64,000 nucleotides of DNA from Clostridia bacterium (lineage in GTDB: Bacteria; Bacillota; Clostridia; Christensenellales; UBA1242): contig CAAGAD010000009.1 of the NCBI GenBank assembly GCA_900767715.1, positions 5,919-69,918 of the forward strand. The letters are read 5' to 3'. The notes beneath the pieces were generated by a model. The model was not told where the DNA came from, did not search any database, and saw only the letters and a program-made list of their open reading frames with translations. Numbering within the stretch: the stretch's first letter is position 1; each line of letters opens with the position of its first letter. Shown here piece by piece: positions 1-9,536 of the stretch. A program made the translations under genes and the position numbers.

Positions 1-2121
1 AACACAGACAAAGTTTCACAAGACAAGTTCGCAATGTATGGTTTGTACTATAACGACGAACTCGCTGACGTGAACGCAATCGGCTCAAATTCTTCTACAA
101 AATTGAACGTTTATGCAGTGAACGCAGTGACAACTGCTGAAATGAAAGCAGGTCAGGAAACCTACATTTTGACACAGAACACTACAACTGCAGTCGACAT
201 TATGTGGCACTTCGCCGAAAACATCTGGTACACTGAGTCGGGCATTTACCCAATCATCTGCGACAACTCTTCGGCTATTCCAGAAATCAAGGTTCAAAAT
301 CCTGACAATCCGGGCGATGACCCTGAAAAGCCAGACGACGGCAAGACAGATGTCATTGACAAAAATGATACAAAGAATATCATTCAATATATGACAGAGA
401 AGCCAGACGGCGCGTTCGCGTTGGACGGCGACCAAGACTTGAAGGGTGCAACTTATTCGTCAATCCCAGAGTTTACTGGTTTCTTGACATCAAAGGGTGA
501 AGGCACAAAATACACAATTTCTAACTTCACAATCAGCACAAACAATGAAAATGCAGGCTTGTTCGGCATTTTGAACGGAACAATTACCAACGTCATCTTT
601 AAGAACGTGACAGTCAACGTTACTGGCGCAACCAACGCAGGTGCTTTGGCTGGTATCTTGGGCTTGAAAAGTAGAATCTATAATGTTGACCTTGTCAATG
701 TCAAGGTAAGCGGAGAATCCAAGTTCATGGGCGCGTTCGCGGGCTTGGCAGAAGCCACTACTCTTGGCAAAATCAATGTTACTAATGGTGAACTTACTAA
801 CACATCTTTGCAAAATGGAAGTGCGACCGGTGGCGTCATCGGTTACAACAACGCAATGCTCGGCTATCGTGGTGTCAACAACACTCCTTGCGGAGTAGAT
901 GCAATCAACACATCTGTCAGCGCCTATTCAAACGTTGGCGGTATCGTGGGTGTCAACAATGGTTTAATCAGTTACGCTAACGCAACAATGACTGAACAAT
1001 CTATTTCTGTCACAGCAATGGGCAGTGCAAACAGCACAACAGTTAATGCTGGTGGTATTGCTGGCTTTAACCAAGGCACTATCACATACAGCAATTCAAA
1101 CGCTATGTCAGTGTTCGCTAGCCGTACAAGTATGGCCACATCTAACGGCAGAGTAGTATGTGCCGGCGGTGTAGTTGGTCAAAATGGTAGCAGTGCGGTA
1201 GTGCTTTACTGCTATGCAAAAGAAGGCAAAACTTCGACGGCGGGCAACAATGCTTATGTCGGCGGTGTGGTTGGTTACAACTTCAAGGGCGATATTATGT
1301 CTTGTGGCAACGAAAGCGAAGTTTCGGGCAACTATGACAAGCAAGTTTATGCGGGCGGTGTAGCCGGTGTGAACCAAGGTAAACTTTACAAATCTTACAA
1401 CATTGGTAATGTGTCGGGCAGTTACGCCGGCGGTATTGTGGCATTGAACGACAGCGTAGACAATATCGGTTCGATTGGACTCAACCAACTTCGTGGTTTG
1501 AAGACTGGTATCGTGACTGAATGTTACACTTCGGGCGACGTTCCAACAGACCAAGAATCATACACTGAAAATGCTTCAAAGAACACAATCAGCGGTGTGG
1601 TTGTAGGCGGTATTTGTGCAAAAATGGACTTCGGTTACATTGCCAACTGCTATACACGTTGCTTGTTGCAAACTGGTACAACCAACGCAACAATCAAGAA
1701 GGACTGTGGCGTCAGCACGGTTGAAAAGGGCGGTTTGATTGGTCAAATCGACGGAAGTGAATCTAAATACGGTTTGCTCGAAAACAGCGTAAGTTTCTGC
1801 GACTTTGATAAGGGTGCAATCACCACAACTATTAATAAGTATGAAACAGTTAGCCCAATTTTCAGTTCGGGCAAACGTGCAACTGGTACAATCTTGAATT
1901 GTGCAGTCAATCGTTCGGCTAGCGGTAGTGTTTCTAGTGCGCAAAACGTAATTACCAACATCACCAACTGGCTCTACAAGGGTTACGCTTCTGGCTCAAC
2001 AATTTTGGGTCTAAAAGGTGGCGAAACAACCACTGCCATTAAGTATGCAGATGTATGCGGACTTAACGTTTGGGCATTGATTGACGGCTACTACCCAATC
2101 TTGAACGCTTTTACAAAATAG
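1..2121 (+). CDS. Large surface/secreted repeat protein with GLUG-type glycine-rich repeats (5' end off window)
   Basis: Frame is open from nt 1 with no stop before the ATG at 34. It has many GG(I/V)(V/A)G.N.G.I repeats (GGIVGVNNGLI, GGIAGFNQGTI, GGVVGYNFKGDI, GGVAGVNQGKL), typical of GLUG-motif adhesin-like proteins. A hairpin terminator follows. Confidence 0.6.
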   Translation, partial: NTDKVSQDKFAMYGLYYNDELADVNAIGSNSSTKLNVYAVNAVTTAEMKAGQETYILTQNTTTAVDIMWHFAENIWYTESGIYPIICDNSSAIPEIKVQNPDNPGDDPEKPDDGKTDVIDKNDTKNIIQYMTEKPDGAFALDGDQDLKGATYSSIPEFTGFLTSKGEGTKYTISNFTISTNNENAGLFGILNGTITNVIFKNVTVNVTGATNAGALAGILGLKSRIYNVDLVNVKVSGESKFMGAFAGLAEATTLGKINVTNGELTNTSLQNGSATGGVIGYNNAMLGYRGVNNTPCGVDAINTSVSAYSNVGGIVGVNNGLISYANATMTEQSISVTAMGSANSTTVNAGGIAGFNQGTITYSNSNAMSVFASRTSMATSNGRVVCAGGVVGQNGSSAVVLYCYAKEGKTSTAGNNAYVGGVVGYNFKGDIMSCGNESEVSGNYDKQVYAGGVAGVNQGKLYKSYNIGNVSGSYAGGIVALNDSVDNIGSIGLNQLRGLKTGIVTECYTSGDVPTDQESYTENASKNTISGVVVGGICAKMDFGYIANCYTRCLLQTGTTNATIKKDCGVSTVEKGGLIGQIDGSESKYGLLENSVSFCDFDKGAITTTINKYETVSPIFSSGKRATGTILNCAVNRSASGSVSSAQNVITNITNWLYKGYASGSTILGLKGGETTTAIKYADVCGLNVWALIDGYYPILNAFTK

Positions 2122-2126
2122 CAATC

Positions 2127-2158
2127 AAAAAAAACAACTCATTGCGAGTTGTTTTTTT
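2127..2158. terminator. Bidirectional rho-independent terminator between the GLUG protein gene and spoVG
   Basis: aaaaaaaACAACTC-attgc-GAGTTGTttttttt: an 8-bp stem with an A-run upstream and a T-run downstream, sitting between convergent genes. Confidence 0.75.
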
Positions 2159-2201
2159 CATTGGCAATGTGATTCGAAATAGCCTTTCTACAAATAGATT
2201 A

Positions 2202-2477
2202 CTATTTTTCTTCGCTGTTAGCGACAGCCTTTTCGTATTCAGCCAATACCATTGCGTTGATTTGTTCACGAGTTTCAGTGTTTGCTGGGTGAACAATGTC
2301 CTTGAACTTGCCGTCATTACCTTGTTTGGCAGGCATAGCAACGAAGTATCCGTTAGGACCATCAATAATCTTGACGTCGTGAACAACGAACGAATCTTCG
2401 ATAGTGAATGATGCAAATGCTTTGAGTTTACTGTCAGCCTTTGGCATCAATCTAATACGAATGTCTGAAATTTTCAT
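2202..2477 (-). CDS. spoVG: Septation/regulatory protein SpoVG
   Basis: 91 aa, MKISDIRIRL...FVVHDVKIIDGPNGYFVAMPAKQGNDGKFKDIVHP, is the canonical SpoVG core. An AAGGAAGG RBS lies upstream. Confidence 0.9.
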   Translation of the reverse strand: MKISDIRIRLMPKADSKLKAFASFTIEDSFVVHDVKIIDGPNGYFVAMPAKQGNDGKFKDIVHPANTETREQINAMVLAEYEKAVANSEEK

Positions 2478-2655
2478 AAGTTCCTTCCTTTTATAGATTG
2501 ACTATTCCCTAGTCAATTATATTCTACTATATTTCAAAGATTTTTGCAAATAAATAAGACCAAATTTTACCTTTTCCAAATATTTATTTAGCGCGAATTT
2601 TGACGTATTTGTGCACTCGTTAAACAGATTGTGGCGGGAGCGAATATATATAAAT

Positions 2656-3969
2656 ATGAATTACAAAAATTTGATTGAAAATAGGGCTCACATACACTTT
2701 GTTGGTGTGGGTGGTGTGAGTATGAATTCGCTTGCCAAATATCTTTTTTCACGCGGGGCGAGGGTAACCGGCTCGGACGCAAGAATGAGCGACGCCAGTT
2801 TGCAACTGAATCAGTTGGGCATCAAGACGCAACTCGGGCACAAGCCCGATTATATCAAGACGGCTGACTTGGTGGTGGCAACGGGCGCGATTGCGGACGA
2901 CAACCCCGAGATTGTGTACGCCAAGGCGTACGACATAGAAGTCGTGTCGCGTGCGGAAATGCTGGGCGAGATATGTAAGGACTTTGACAAGGTAATTGCT
3001 GTGGCGGGTTGTCACGGCAAGTCAACGACTAGCGCGATGATATATTCCATTTTGCGTGCCAGCGGGGCGAGTGTGTCTTGCCATATCGGCGCACAGACCC
3101 AAGACGCGCGTATGCAGTATGGCGACGAGTATCTCGTAGTGGAAGCGTGCGAGTTTAAGCGCAGTTTCCTACATATCAAGCCATACTTGGCAGTCATAAC
3201 CAACGTCGAAAAAGACCATTTGGACTGCTACAAAGATTTAACCGACATTCAAAACACTTTCCGCCAGTTCGCCGACAGCGCGCAATATGTGATAGTGGGG
3301 CAGAACCCGACGACCGAGTTTTTGGGCGTGAAAAAGCAAGATTATGTCGTGCAAAAGGTATATTTCGACAGCACGGCACAGTTGACCGAGTTTAGCATTG
3401 TGACGGACAGGTGTGTGCCTATCACTATATCCACACTGGGTGGTTACAATGTGGATAACGCCACACTCTCGGCGCGCGTGGCGTGGTTTCTGGGGTTTAG
3501 TGACTGCGCTATTGTCAACGGACTGCGAGATTTCAAGCCGGTGGCACGTAGGTCGCAACTCATTGGCAAGTTTAATGACGCCGATGTAGTGATAGACTAC
3601 GCTCATCACCCAACCGAGATACGCAAGTTTTATGAAGCGATGAAATTTGTTTATCATGAAATGCTTTTCATCTTTCAACCGCATACCTACACCCGCACAA
3701 AAGCCTTGCTGGGCGACTTCGTGGAGACGCTGAAAACGATTGACAACCTTGTCATCTACAAAGAGTACTCCGCCCGGGAAACCTCGTCGATGGGCGTGTC
3801 GAGCAAGCAATTGGTAGATATCTTGAAGCAAAACGGCGTCAAGGCGAAATACGCTAGCAACAAATCGTCTCTGCAAAGATTGATGAAAAAGACTGACTAT
3901 GACGCAATACTCTTCGTCGGGGCGGGAGATATTGCCAACATTGCGGGCGAGATTGTGGGCGAGAGTTAA
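2656..3969 (+). CDS. murC: UDP-N-acetylmuramate--L-alanine ligase
   Basis: HFVGVGGVSMNSLA N-terminal nucleotide-binding loop, AVAGCHGKSTTS P-loop and DYAHHPTEI motif, with a Mur-ligase length. The ATG at 2656 is preferred over the upstream in-frame start at 2611. Confidence 0.85.
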   Translation: MNYKNLIENRAHIHFVGVGGVSMNSLAKYLFSRGARVTGSDARMSDASLQLNQLGIKTQLGHKPDYIKTADLVVATGAIADDNPEIVYAKAYDIEVVSRAEMLGEICKDFDKVIAVAGCHGKSTTSAMIYSILRASGASVSCHIGAQTQDARMQYGDEYLVVEACEFKRSFLHIKPYLAVITNVEKDHLDCYKDLTDIQNTFRQFADSAQYVIVGQNPTTEFLGVKKQDYVVQKVYFDSTAQLTEFSIVTDRCVPITISTLGGYNVDNATLSARVAWFLGFSDCAIVNGLRDFKPVARRSQLIGKFNDADVVIDYAHHPTEIRKFYEAMKFVYHEMLFIFQPHTYTRTKALLGDFVETLKTIDNLVIYKEYSARETSSMGVSSKQLVDILKQNGVKAKYASNKSSLQRLMKKTDYDAILFVGAGDIANIAGEIVGES

Positions 3970-4108
3970 TCTCGCAACATATTTTTTGACAGTTATTCGC
4001 CTAGTTTTAGCGCACGTTAAAAGTTATTCAATATTTGAAAGCCAGAGTGCAACCCGACCATAATTTGTAGTTGGAATGAAAAACCAACCGATTTTTTAGT
4101 AAAAATGG

Positions 4109-4137
4109 TTGACAGTCGGTTTTTCTTGGTGTATAAT
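4109..4137 (+). promoter_or_regulatory. Sigma-70 type promoter upstream of rpmE
   Basis: TTGACA (4109-4114), 17-nt spacer, TATAAT (4132-4137), about 35 nt upstream of the rpmE start. Confidence 0.6.
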
Positions 4138-4171
4138 CATTTAGCAAAAAACTAACAGATGAGGTGTAGGT

Positions 4172-4375
4172 ATGAATAAAGAAATCCAACCAGATTATCA
4201 CAAAGTGACTGTCACATGTGCTTGTGGCAATACTTTTGAGACCCGTTCAACTAAACCAGGTGATACTATTAAATGTGATGTGTGCAACAAATGCCACCCA
4301 TTTTATACTGGTCAAAAGAAATTGGTTGACACTGCTGGTCGTGTAGATAAGTTTAAGAAAAAATTTGATTTATAG
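4172..4375 (+). CDS. rpmE: 50S ribosomal protein L31 (Cys-containing, Zn-ribbon form)
   Basis: 67 aa, [27 protein letters not shown]...[14 protein letters not shown]...GRVDKF, the L31 signature with four Cys. Confidence 0.95.
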   Translation: MNKEIQPDYHKVTVTCACGNTFETRSTKPGDTIKCDVCNKCHPFYTGQKKLVDTAGRVDKFKKKFDL

Positions 4376-4454
4376 CACATTATTTTTTGGGACGCATTTT
4401 GCATTGAGTATTACACTTTGGCAAAGTGCGTTTTTGTGTATATAGGGTGCAAAA

Positions 4455-5255
4455 ATGCAGTTATTGGAATTGAAACATAAATGGCTCTCGCGCGGGGTTG
4501 CTCCAGCCGAATTGAACGAAATACTCTTGAACGTATTAAATTGCGAGTTTGGTGACCTAAGCGTAGATAAGCCAATCTCTCGCAAGGACGAAGCAAAGAT
4601 AGATAGAAGTGCCAATAGATTTTTGTCGGGCGAGCCGGTGAGCAAGATTTTTCACAAGGCGTATTTTTATGGGCGCGAGTTCTATGTGGACAACAAGGTG
4701 CTATCGCCACGTGCGGACACTGAAAATTTGGTTGTAGAAGCCATAAAGATTGTTAAGCCTAGTGACCACGTGCTAGATATGTGCACGGGCACGGGCGCGA
4801 TTGGAATTACTGTCAATCTGGAAACGGGCGCTTTTGTCACGCTTGCCGACATTAGCCGTCACGCACTGGCAGTGGCGAAGAAGAATGCCAAGCGACTCGG
4901 CGCGCGCTGTGAACTAAAAAGAACAAATATGTTTGCCCACCTTGGCGAAAAATATAATGTAATTTGTTGCAACCCCCCATACATAACCCCGACCGAATAT
5001 GAGAGTTTGGACATGGGTGTCAAGAAGTACGACCCCAAACTAGCGCTCGTTGGCGGGGCGGACGGACTGGCATTTTACCGAGAACTAGCACATTCCGCGC
5101 ATAAATATTTGTTGACGGACGGTGCGCTGATAATGGAAATCGGTTATATGCAAGCCCAAGCAGTAACAGATATTTTTAAACAAACTGGTTACACGAGCGT
5201 TACCGTTGTCAAGGATTTGGCAGGGCGTGACCGCGTGATGATTATTAAGGAATAG
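4455..5255 (+). CDS. prmC: Release-factor glutamine N5-methyltransferase PrmC/HemK
   Basis: VLDMCTGTGAIG SAM motif I and the NPPY motif (CCNPPYI). It sits immediately upstream of prfA, the conserved synteny. Confidence 0.85.
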   Translation: MQLLELKHKWLSRGVAPAELNEILLNVLNCEFGDLSVDKPISRKDEAKIDRSANRFLSGEPVSKIFHKAYFYGREFYVDNKVLSPRADTENLVVEAIKIVKPSDHVLDMCTGTGAIGITVNLETGAFVTLADISRHALAVAKKNAKRLGARCELKRTNMFAHLGEKYNVICCNPPYITPTEYESLDMGVKKYDPKLALVGGADGLAFYRELAHSAHKYLLTDGALIMEIGYMQAQAVTDIFKQTGYTSVTVVKDLAGRDRVMIIKE

Positions 5256-5258
5256 AAT

Positions 5259-6326
5259 ATGATTGAAAAAATACAGAAAATTAAAGAGCATTTTGATGAG
5301 TTGACCGAGCGTTTGGCTGACCCTAATCTTGTGGCGATCAATGCCGAATACAAGAAGGTGGCGAAAGAGCACAACAACTTGCAAGAACTTATGGACAAAT
5401 ATGCCGAATACAAAAAGGTGGAAGCCGATATGCGTGGCGCGGAAGAAGTTTACAACAACGAAACCGACCCTGAAATGCGCGAACTTGCCAACACCGAAGT
5501 GTATGAATGCAAGGACAAGTTGGCAACTCTTACCGAAGAACTCAAAATTTTGCTTTTACCAAAAGACGAGAACGACGACAAAAACGTTATTATGGAGTTT
5601 AGAGCGGGTGCAGGTGGCGAAGAGTCTTGTTTGTTCGCTCACAGCCTAATGAGAATGTATAGAATGTTCGCCGAAACTCACCATTTCAAGTTTGAAGTGT
5701 TGAACATTGAAGAAACCGAAATGGGTGGTGTCAAAGAAGCGGAAGTGATGATTAAAGGCAAAAATGCTTATGCCACATTCAAGTTTGAGAGTGGTGTACA
5801 CCGTGTTCAGCGCGTGCCAGAGACCGAATCGCAAGGTCGTGTGCACACATCAACAGCCACAGTGGCTGTTTTGCCTGAAATGGAAGATGTCGAATTTGAA
5901 ATTGACCCAAAAGACATTCGTATGGACATCTATCGCAGTAGTGGTGCGGGCGGTCAACACGTCAACAAGACGGAGAGTGCCGTGCGCATTACCCACTTTC
6001 CAACGGGCATTGTAGTTGCTTGCCAAGACGAGCGTAGCCAAGTGCAAAACAAGGAAAAGGCAATGCAGATTTTGAAGAGCAAACTTTACGACTATTACAA
6101 AACCCAAAAGGAAAGCGAATACAAAGCCAACCGTAACAGCCAAATCGGTACGGGCGACCGCAGTGAGCGCATTCGCACATACAACTACCCACAAGGTCGA
6201 ATCACCGACCACAGAATTAACTTCACCAGTTACAACTTGGAAGCCTTTATGGACGGCGACCTTGACGAGATGATTCAAGCATTGACCCTTGCTGACCAGC
6301 AAGCCAAGTTGGCGGCGGGTGAATAA
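5259..6326 (+). CDS. prfA: Peptide chain release factor 1
   Basis: RSSGAGGQHVNKTESAVRITH GGQ motif and a PET-type tripeptide region (VPETESQGRVHTS). 355 aa. Confidence 0.95.
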   Translation: MIEKIQKIKEHFDELTERLADPNLVAINAEYKKVAKEHNNLQELMDKYAEYKKVEADMRGAEEVYNNETDPEMRELANTEVYECKDKLATLTEELKILLLPKDENDDKNVIMEFRAGAGGEESCLFAHSLMRMYRMFAETHHFKFEVLNIEETEMGGVKEAEVMIKGKNAYATFKFESGVHRVQRVPETESQGRVHTSTATVAVLPEMEDVEFEIDPKDIRMDIYRSSGAGGQHVNKTESAVRITHFPTGIVVACQDERSQVQNKEKAMQILKSKLYDYYKTQKESEYKANRNSQIGTGDRSERIRTYNYPQGRITDHRINFTSYNLEAFMDGDLDEMIQALTLADQQAKLAAGE

Positions 6327-6331
6327 GATTT

Positions 6332-6357
6332 AGACGCCTTTTTTGGCGTCTTTTTTA
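6332..6357 (+). terminator. Rho-independent terminator after prfA
   Basis: AGACGCC-tttttt-GGCGTCT followed by a T-run. Confidence 0.8.
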
Positions 6358-6429
6358 GTTTTAAACGAAAATTTGCATTTTTAGATTAATTGTGGTATAA
6401 TTAAACTATATTTAATTGATGGGGAGAAA

Positions 6430-7281
6430 ATGATGCTTATAAAAGACGGAAATATGCGTGGTTGCTTTGATATGAAAGCACCATTCAAATATGACAAAGA
6501 ACAAGCCAATCTTTTGTATTACGATTTACTCGCTGACCAAATCAAGATTGAAGGCTGGGCAAGGTCTAATGGCAAATTGGAAGAATATAAAAAGGCGATG
6601 AACTTATTTGCAGATATGGCATCAAAGTTTGACCCATTGGCGAACAATAGCGGTGGCAAGAATCTCACTGCGAAATATGCCAACGCATACAACGAACTTT
6701 ACACTTACGTGCCACGCACTAACCTTTGGGGCGAAGAAAAGCCTTTCGACTTTTTGCAAGAGTTTGACCGCTATTCCAAAGTGTTCGGCGTTCCACGCAA
6801 TTTGGCAAAGAAGGAAATCACCACGCCATATTTCGTGCCTACACCTAGCGACCGTATTACAAGTGAACTGGCACAACTGGGCTATGATTTGAGTGAAACT
6901 TGGAAAGACGACAATCCTTTGGTTAAACTTTCCAAAATGGAAGTCTGCCTGACTGCCATTCAGCCACTTACTGACGGCAATCATCGTACCTCGCACGCAT
7001 TCATTCAATATTATTTGGGTCGCGCCGGATTGCCTTCTATCAACCGCAACAAGCATTTGAAAGAACATTATGAGTCATTCTTGATGTTTGAAAAAGACGC
7101 TATTCTTAATAGCAACCTTGGCAACCTAATTATGTATTACTATTACAACATTCGTGAACGTCAGGAAGCCATCTGCAAAAAAATTGGCGTGAGAGTTCAC
7201 ACTCTCATCGGTCAACCTATCGGCATTGAAGATGAAATTATCAGCACAGACGAAGGAAATATCGCCAATTTCTCTGGCTAA
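6430..7281 (+). CDS. Fic/DOC-fold-like protein with a degenerate active-site motif
   Basis: IQPLTDGNHRTSHAFIQYYLGRAGLP aligns to the Fic motif HPFxDGNGRxxR plus the following helix. The catalytic His is Q, and G and R are replaced by H. GGGGAG RBS. Confidence 0.5.
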   Translation: MMLIKDGNMRGCFDMKAPFKYDKEQANLLYYDLLADQIKIEGWARSNGKLEEYKKAMNLFADMASKFDPLANNSGGKNLTAKYANAYNELYTYVPRTNLWGEEKPFDFLQEFDRYSKVFGVPRNLAKKEITTPYFVPTPSDRITSELAQLGYDLSETWKDDNPLVKLSKMEVCLTAIQPLTDGNHRTSHAFIQYYLGRAGLPSINRNKHLKEHYESFLMFEKDAILNSNLGNLIMYYYYNIRERQEAICKKIGVRVHTLIGQPIGIEDEIISTDEGNIANFSG

Positions 7282-7365
7282 TGCAAGTTTTCGACATTTG
7301 TGTTTGTAAATGTTTGCCAATTTGGATTGGCTATGTTATACTAGTTTCAATAAAGGAATCGACGA

Positions 7366-9096
7366 ATGAAGCAATATTTTAGAATGGATATGCCAAACAC
7401 TCTTGCCAAGAGCGAGAGTGAAGTGGAGGAGCAAAAAGCGCTTGGCAAAATCGGTGTCATTCGCAACAAAATGCTCGGCGAGTTTAACGAGGACGGCGTT
7501 TACGTCATCACGGACGCTATGCGCAAGCAACTCTTGACCATGCACAAATATCTCGTTGAACGTTACAGCACCCAATGTTTGATTGAGAGTGAATATATCT
7601 TTGGTAAACGTTTTTATTTCTCACTAAAAGTGGAAGACAATGTAGTGACCTTTGCTTTGCTCGAAAAAATGCGCTATGGCACCAACCTTGAACACAAGTC
7701 GCCATATTGCAACATTCACACCACCATTCTTGACCAAATCAATTTCGATAAGTTGCCAGATGTGTTGGAAGAAACACTTTTTAAACGTTACAATATTTCT
7801 ATTGCCGACCAACCATTAGGCACCAAGTTGGAAGATATGAGCCCAGAAGAAGTGGAAAGATATTTTGAACTCATTGACCGCAAAATGCAGTGGGAACTTT
7901 TGAACAAAGATTTGGACGAAAAGAATGCCATTTTGGAGCGCGCCGAACAAGACTATTACGTCGCGCAAATCCAAGCATTGAAGAAGTGTGGGGCTTATGG
8001 CAAACAAGTCATCGACGAAATGGAGCACACGCTCATCACGGTGCGACCTTTCTTGGACCCTAACCGCAAGGGTTATTACAAGGCGCTGAACCAAATTATC
8101 AGCACAATCACATATTCCAACCGTACGGAAGAAAACAAAAAAGAAGTAGCCGAGTTTGAGCAGAAGATTGAGAAACCTCGCAAGAACTATGCACAAGTGA
8201 TTATTACCCATTCGCCAGATGTCCGTCCAACCTTGCACGGTGCTGACGAGCGTAAACAAACTGTGGAACAAATTGTTCGCACATATTTGAAGAAACAAAC
8301 AGAGTCAACCACCATCACCAAATCTAACTCAAAGATTGATGAAATGGTGGCAAACACTCCACGTATGACGGGAGAAATGGTGCGTTCACGCGTGGTGAGT
8401 GCGCCAACCCAAGCGGGAGCCAAAACGCAAACAACCCAAGGTCGAACCAAGTCTGGCGTTGCTACTGCACCAAAAGGCAAGACAAATACATCGGGCACAA
8501 CCACAGCAGTCGTTGGTGCTGGTGTGGCAGTCGCAGGAGCAAAAATAGCAACCACGGGCGCAAAGACTATGACCGACACCGCCAAGGTGGTCGCGTCCAA
8601 GCCAGCCTCCGCCGTGGCGAAATCGTCACAGCCAGCAAAGGCTCAACCAGCGCAAAAGCCAAACGAGAAGAAAGATATTGCACCTAAGAAGTCTGCCGAG
8701 CCAAAGGTAGAAACAAAAGTAACAACAAAACCTATTGAAACCAAACCATTTGGCAATGAAACACATAAAACAGAAGTTGAAGTGGAGAAGACGTCAGTTG
8801 TCAACGAACCAAGACAATCGACGCGCGATTATGATTACACCACACCAACAAATAACATTGGAGCGAATGTAACCGCACCAAAGAAGCAGAAGAAGAGTCT
8901 ATTTGACAAAGCCATCGAAGTCTCCGCGCCAGTAAAATCACAACCTGACCGTAATGGCGATTTGCCAAATGTTGATGGACAGAATAAGAGAAAAAATTCT
9001 ATCGATTTATATAAGCCTTCGTTTGATAAAAATGCCGAAAGAGGTAAAAGTGTAAAGGCAAATGAATCTGTGAATGAATCCACCAATGTTCGCTAA
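7366..9096 (+). CDS. Hypothetical protein: ~300-aa helical N-terminal part plus a long T/A/K/P-rich low-complexity tail
   Basis: Long ORF with an RBS-like AAAGGA. No motif recognised. The C-terminal half is compositionally biased (TTQGRTKSGVATAPKGKTNTSGTTTAVVGAGVAVAGAK...). Confidence 0.5.
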   Translation: MKQYFRMDMPNTLAKSESEVEEQKALGKIGVIRNKMLGEFNEDGVYVITDAMRKQLLTMHKYLVERYSTQCLIESEYIFGKRFYFSLKVEDNVVTFALLEKMRYGTNLEHKSPYCNIHTTILDQINFDKLPDVLEETLFKRYNISIADQPLGTKLEDMSPEEVERYFELIDRKMQWELLNKDLDEKNAILERAEQDYYVAQIQALKKCGAYGKQVIDEMEHTLITVRPFLDPNRKGYYKALNQIISTITYSNRTEENKKEVAEFEQKIEKPRKNYAQVIITHSPDVRPTLHGADERKQTVEQIVRTYLKKQTESTTITKSNSKIDEMVANTPRMTGEMVRSRVVSAPTQAGAKTQTTQGRTKSGVATAPKGKTNTSGTTTAVVGAGVAVAGAKIATTGAKTMTDTAKVVASKPASAVAKSSQPAKAQPAQKPNEKKDIAPKKSAEPKVETKVTTKPIETKPFGNETHKTEVEVEKTSVVNEPRQSTRDYDYTTPTNNIGANVTAPKKQKKSLFDKAIEVSAPVKSQPDRNGDLPNVDGQNKRKNSIDLYKPSFDKNAERGKSVKANESVNESTNVR

Positions 9097-9174
9097 ATTT
9101 AGACAAAAATTTCATATTGACAAAAAAAATATAAATGATATAATATCAGTAAGTCTAAATATGGAGTGGGTAGA

Positions 9175-9504
9175 ATGAAAAACTATAAAATGAATGAACA
9201 ACTCATTCAAGATGTCGTATATAATGGCTTTAGTGCAACTTTTATATTGACAAGTAAACATTGCAAGGATAATAGATTGGTTAAAGATGAACCGGTATTC
9301 GATGGAATTGATATTACAACAATACCAGAGGTTGGGGCTAAATATTTGATTGCAAGGTCTATGAAAGACAGCATACATTTTAAAAAGGGAAAAACGTATG
9401 TGTTTAGAATCGCATATCTAAGTGGCAGGAGATTCTTTTTGACACCTGCGTCCAAAGAGGAAGTTAGAACTCTTGGATATGGTGAGCAAAACGAACGCAC
9501 ATAA
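9175..9504 (+). CDS. Hypothetical small protein
   Basis: ATG at 9175, 8 nt after a GGAG. The ORF-track start at 9166 is a GTG. AT-rich gene with no recognisable motif. Confidence 0.4.
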   Translation: MKNYKMNEQLIQDVVYNGFSATFILTSKHCKDNRLVKDEPVFDGIDITTIPEVGAKYLIARSMKDSIHFKKGKTYVFRIAYLSGRRFFLTPASKEEVRTLGYGEQNERT

Positions 9505-9536
9505 TTGAAAAAAGTATATTAAAAGGGGTACAATAT

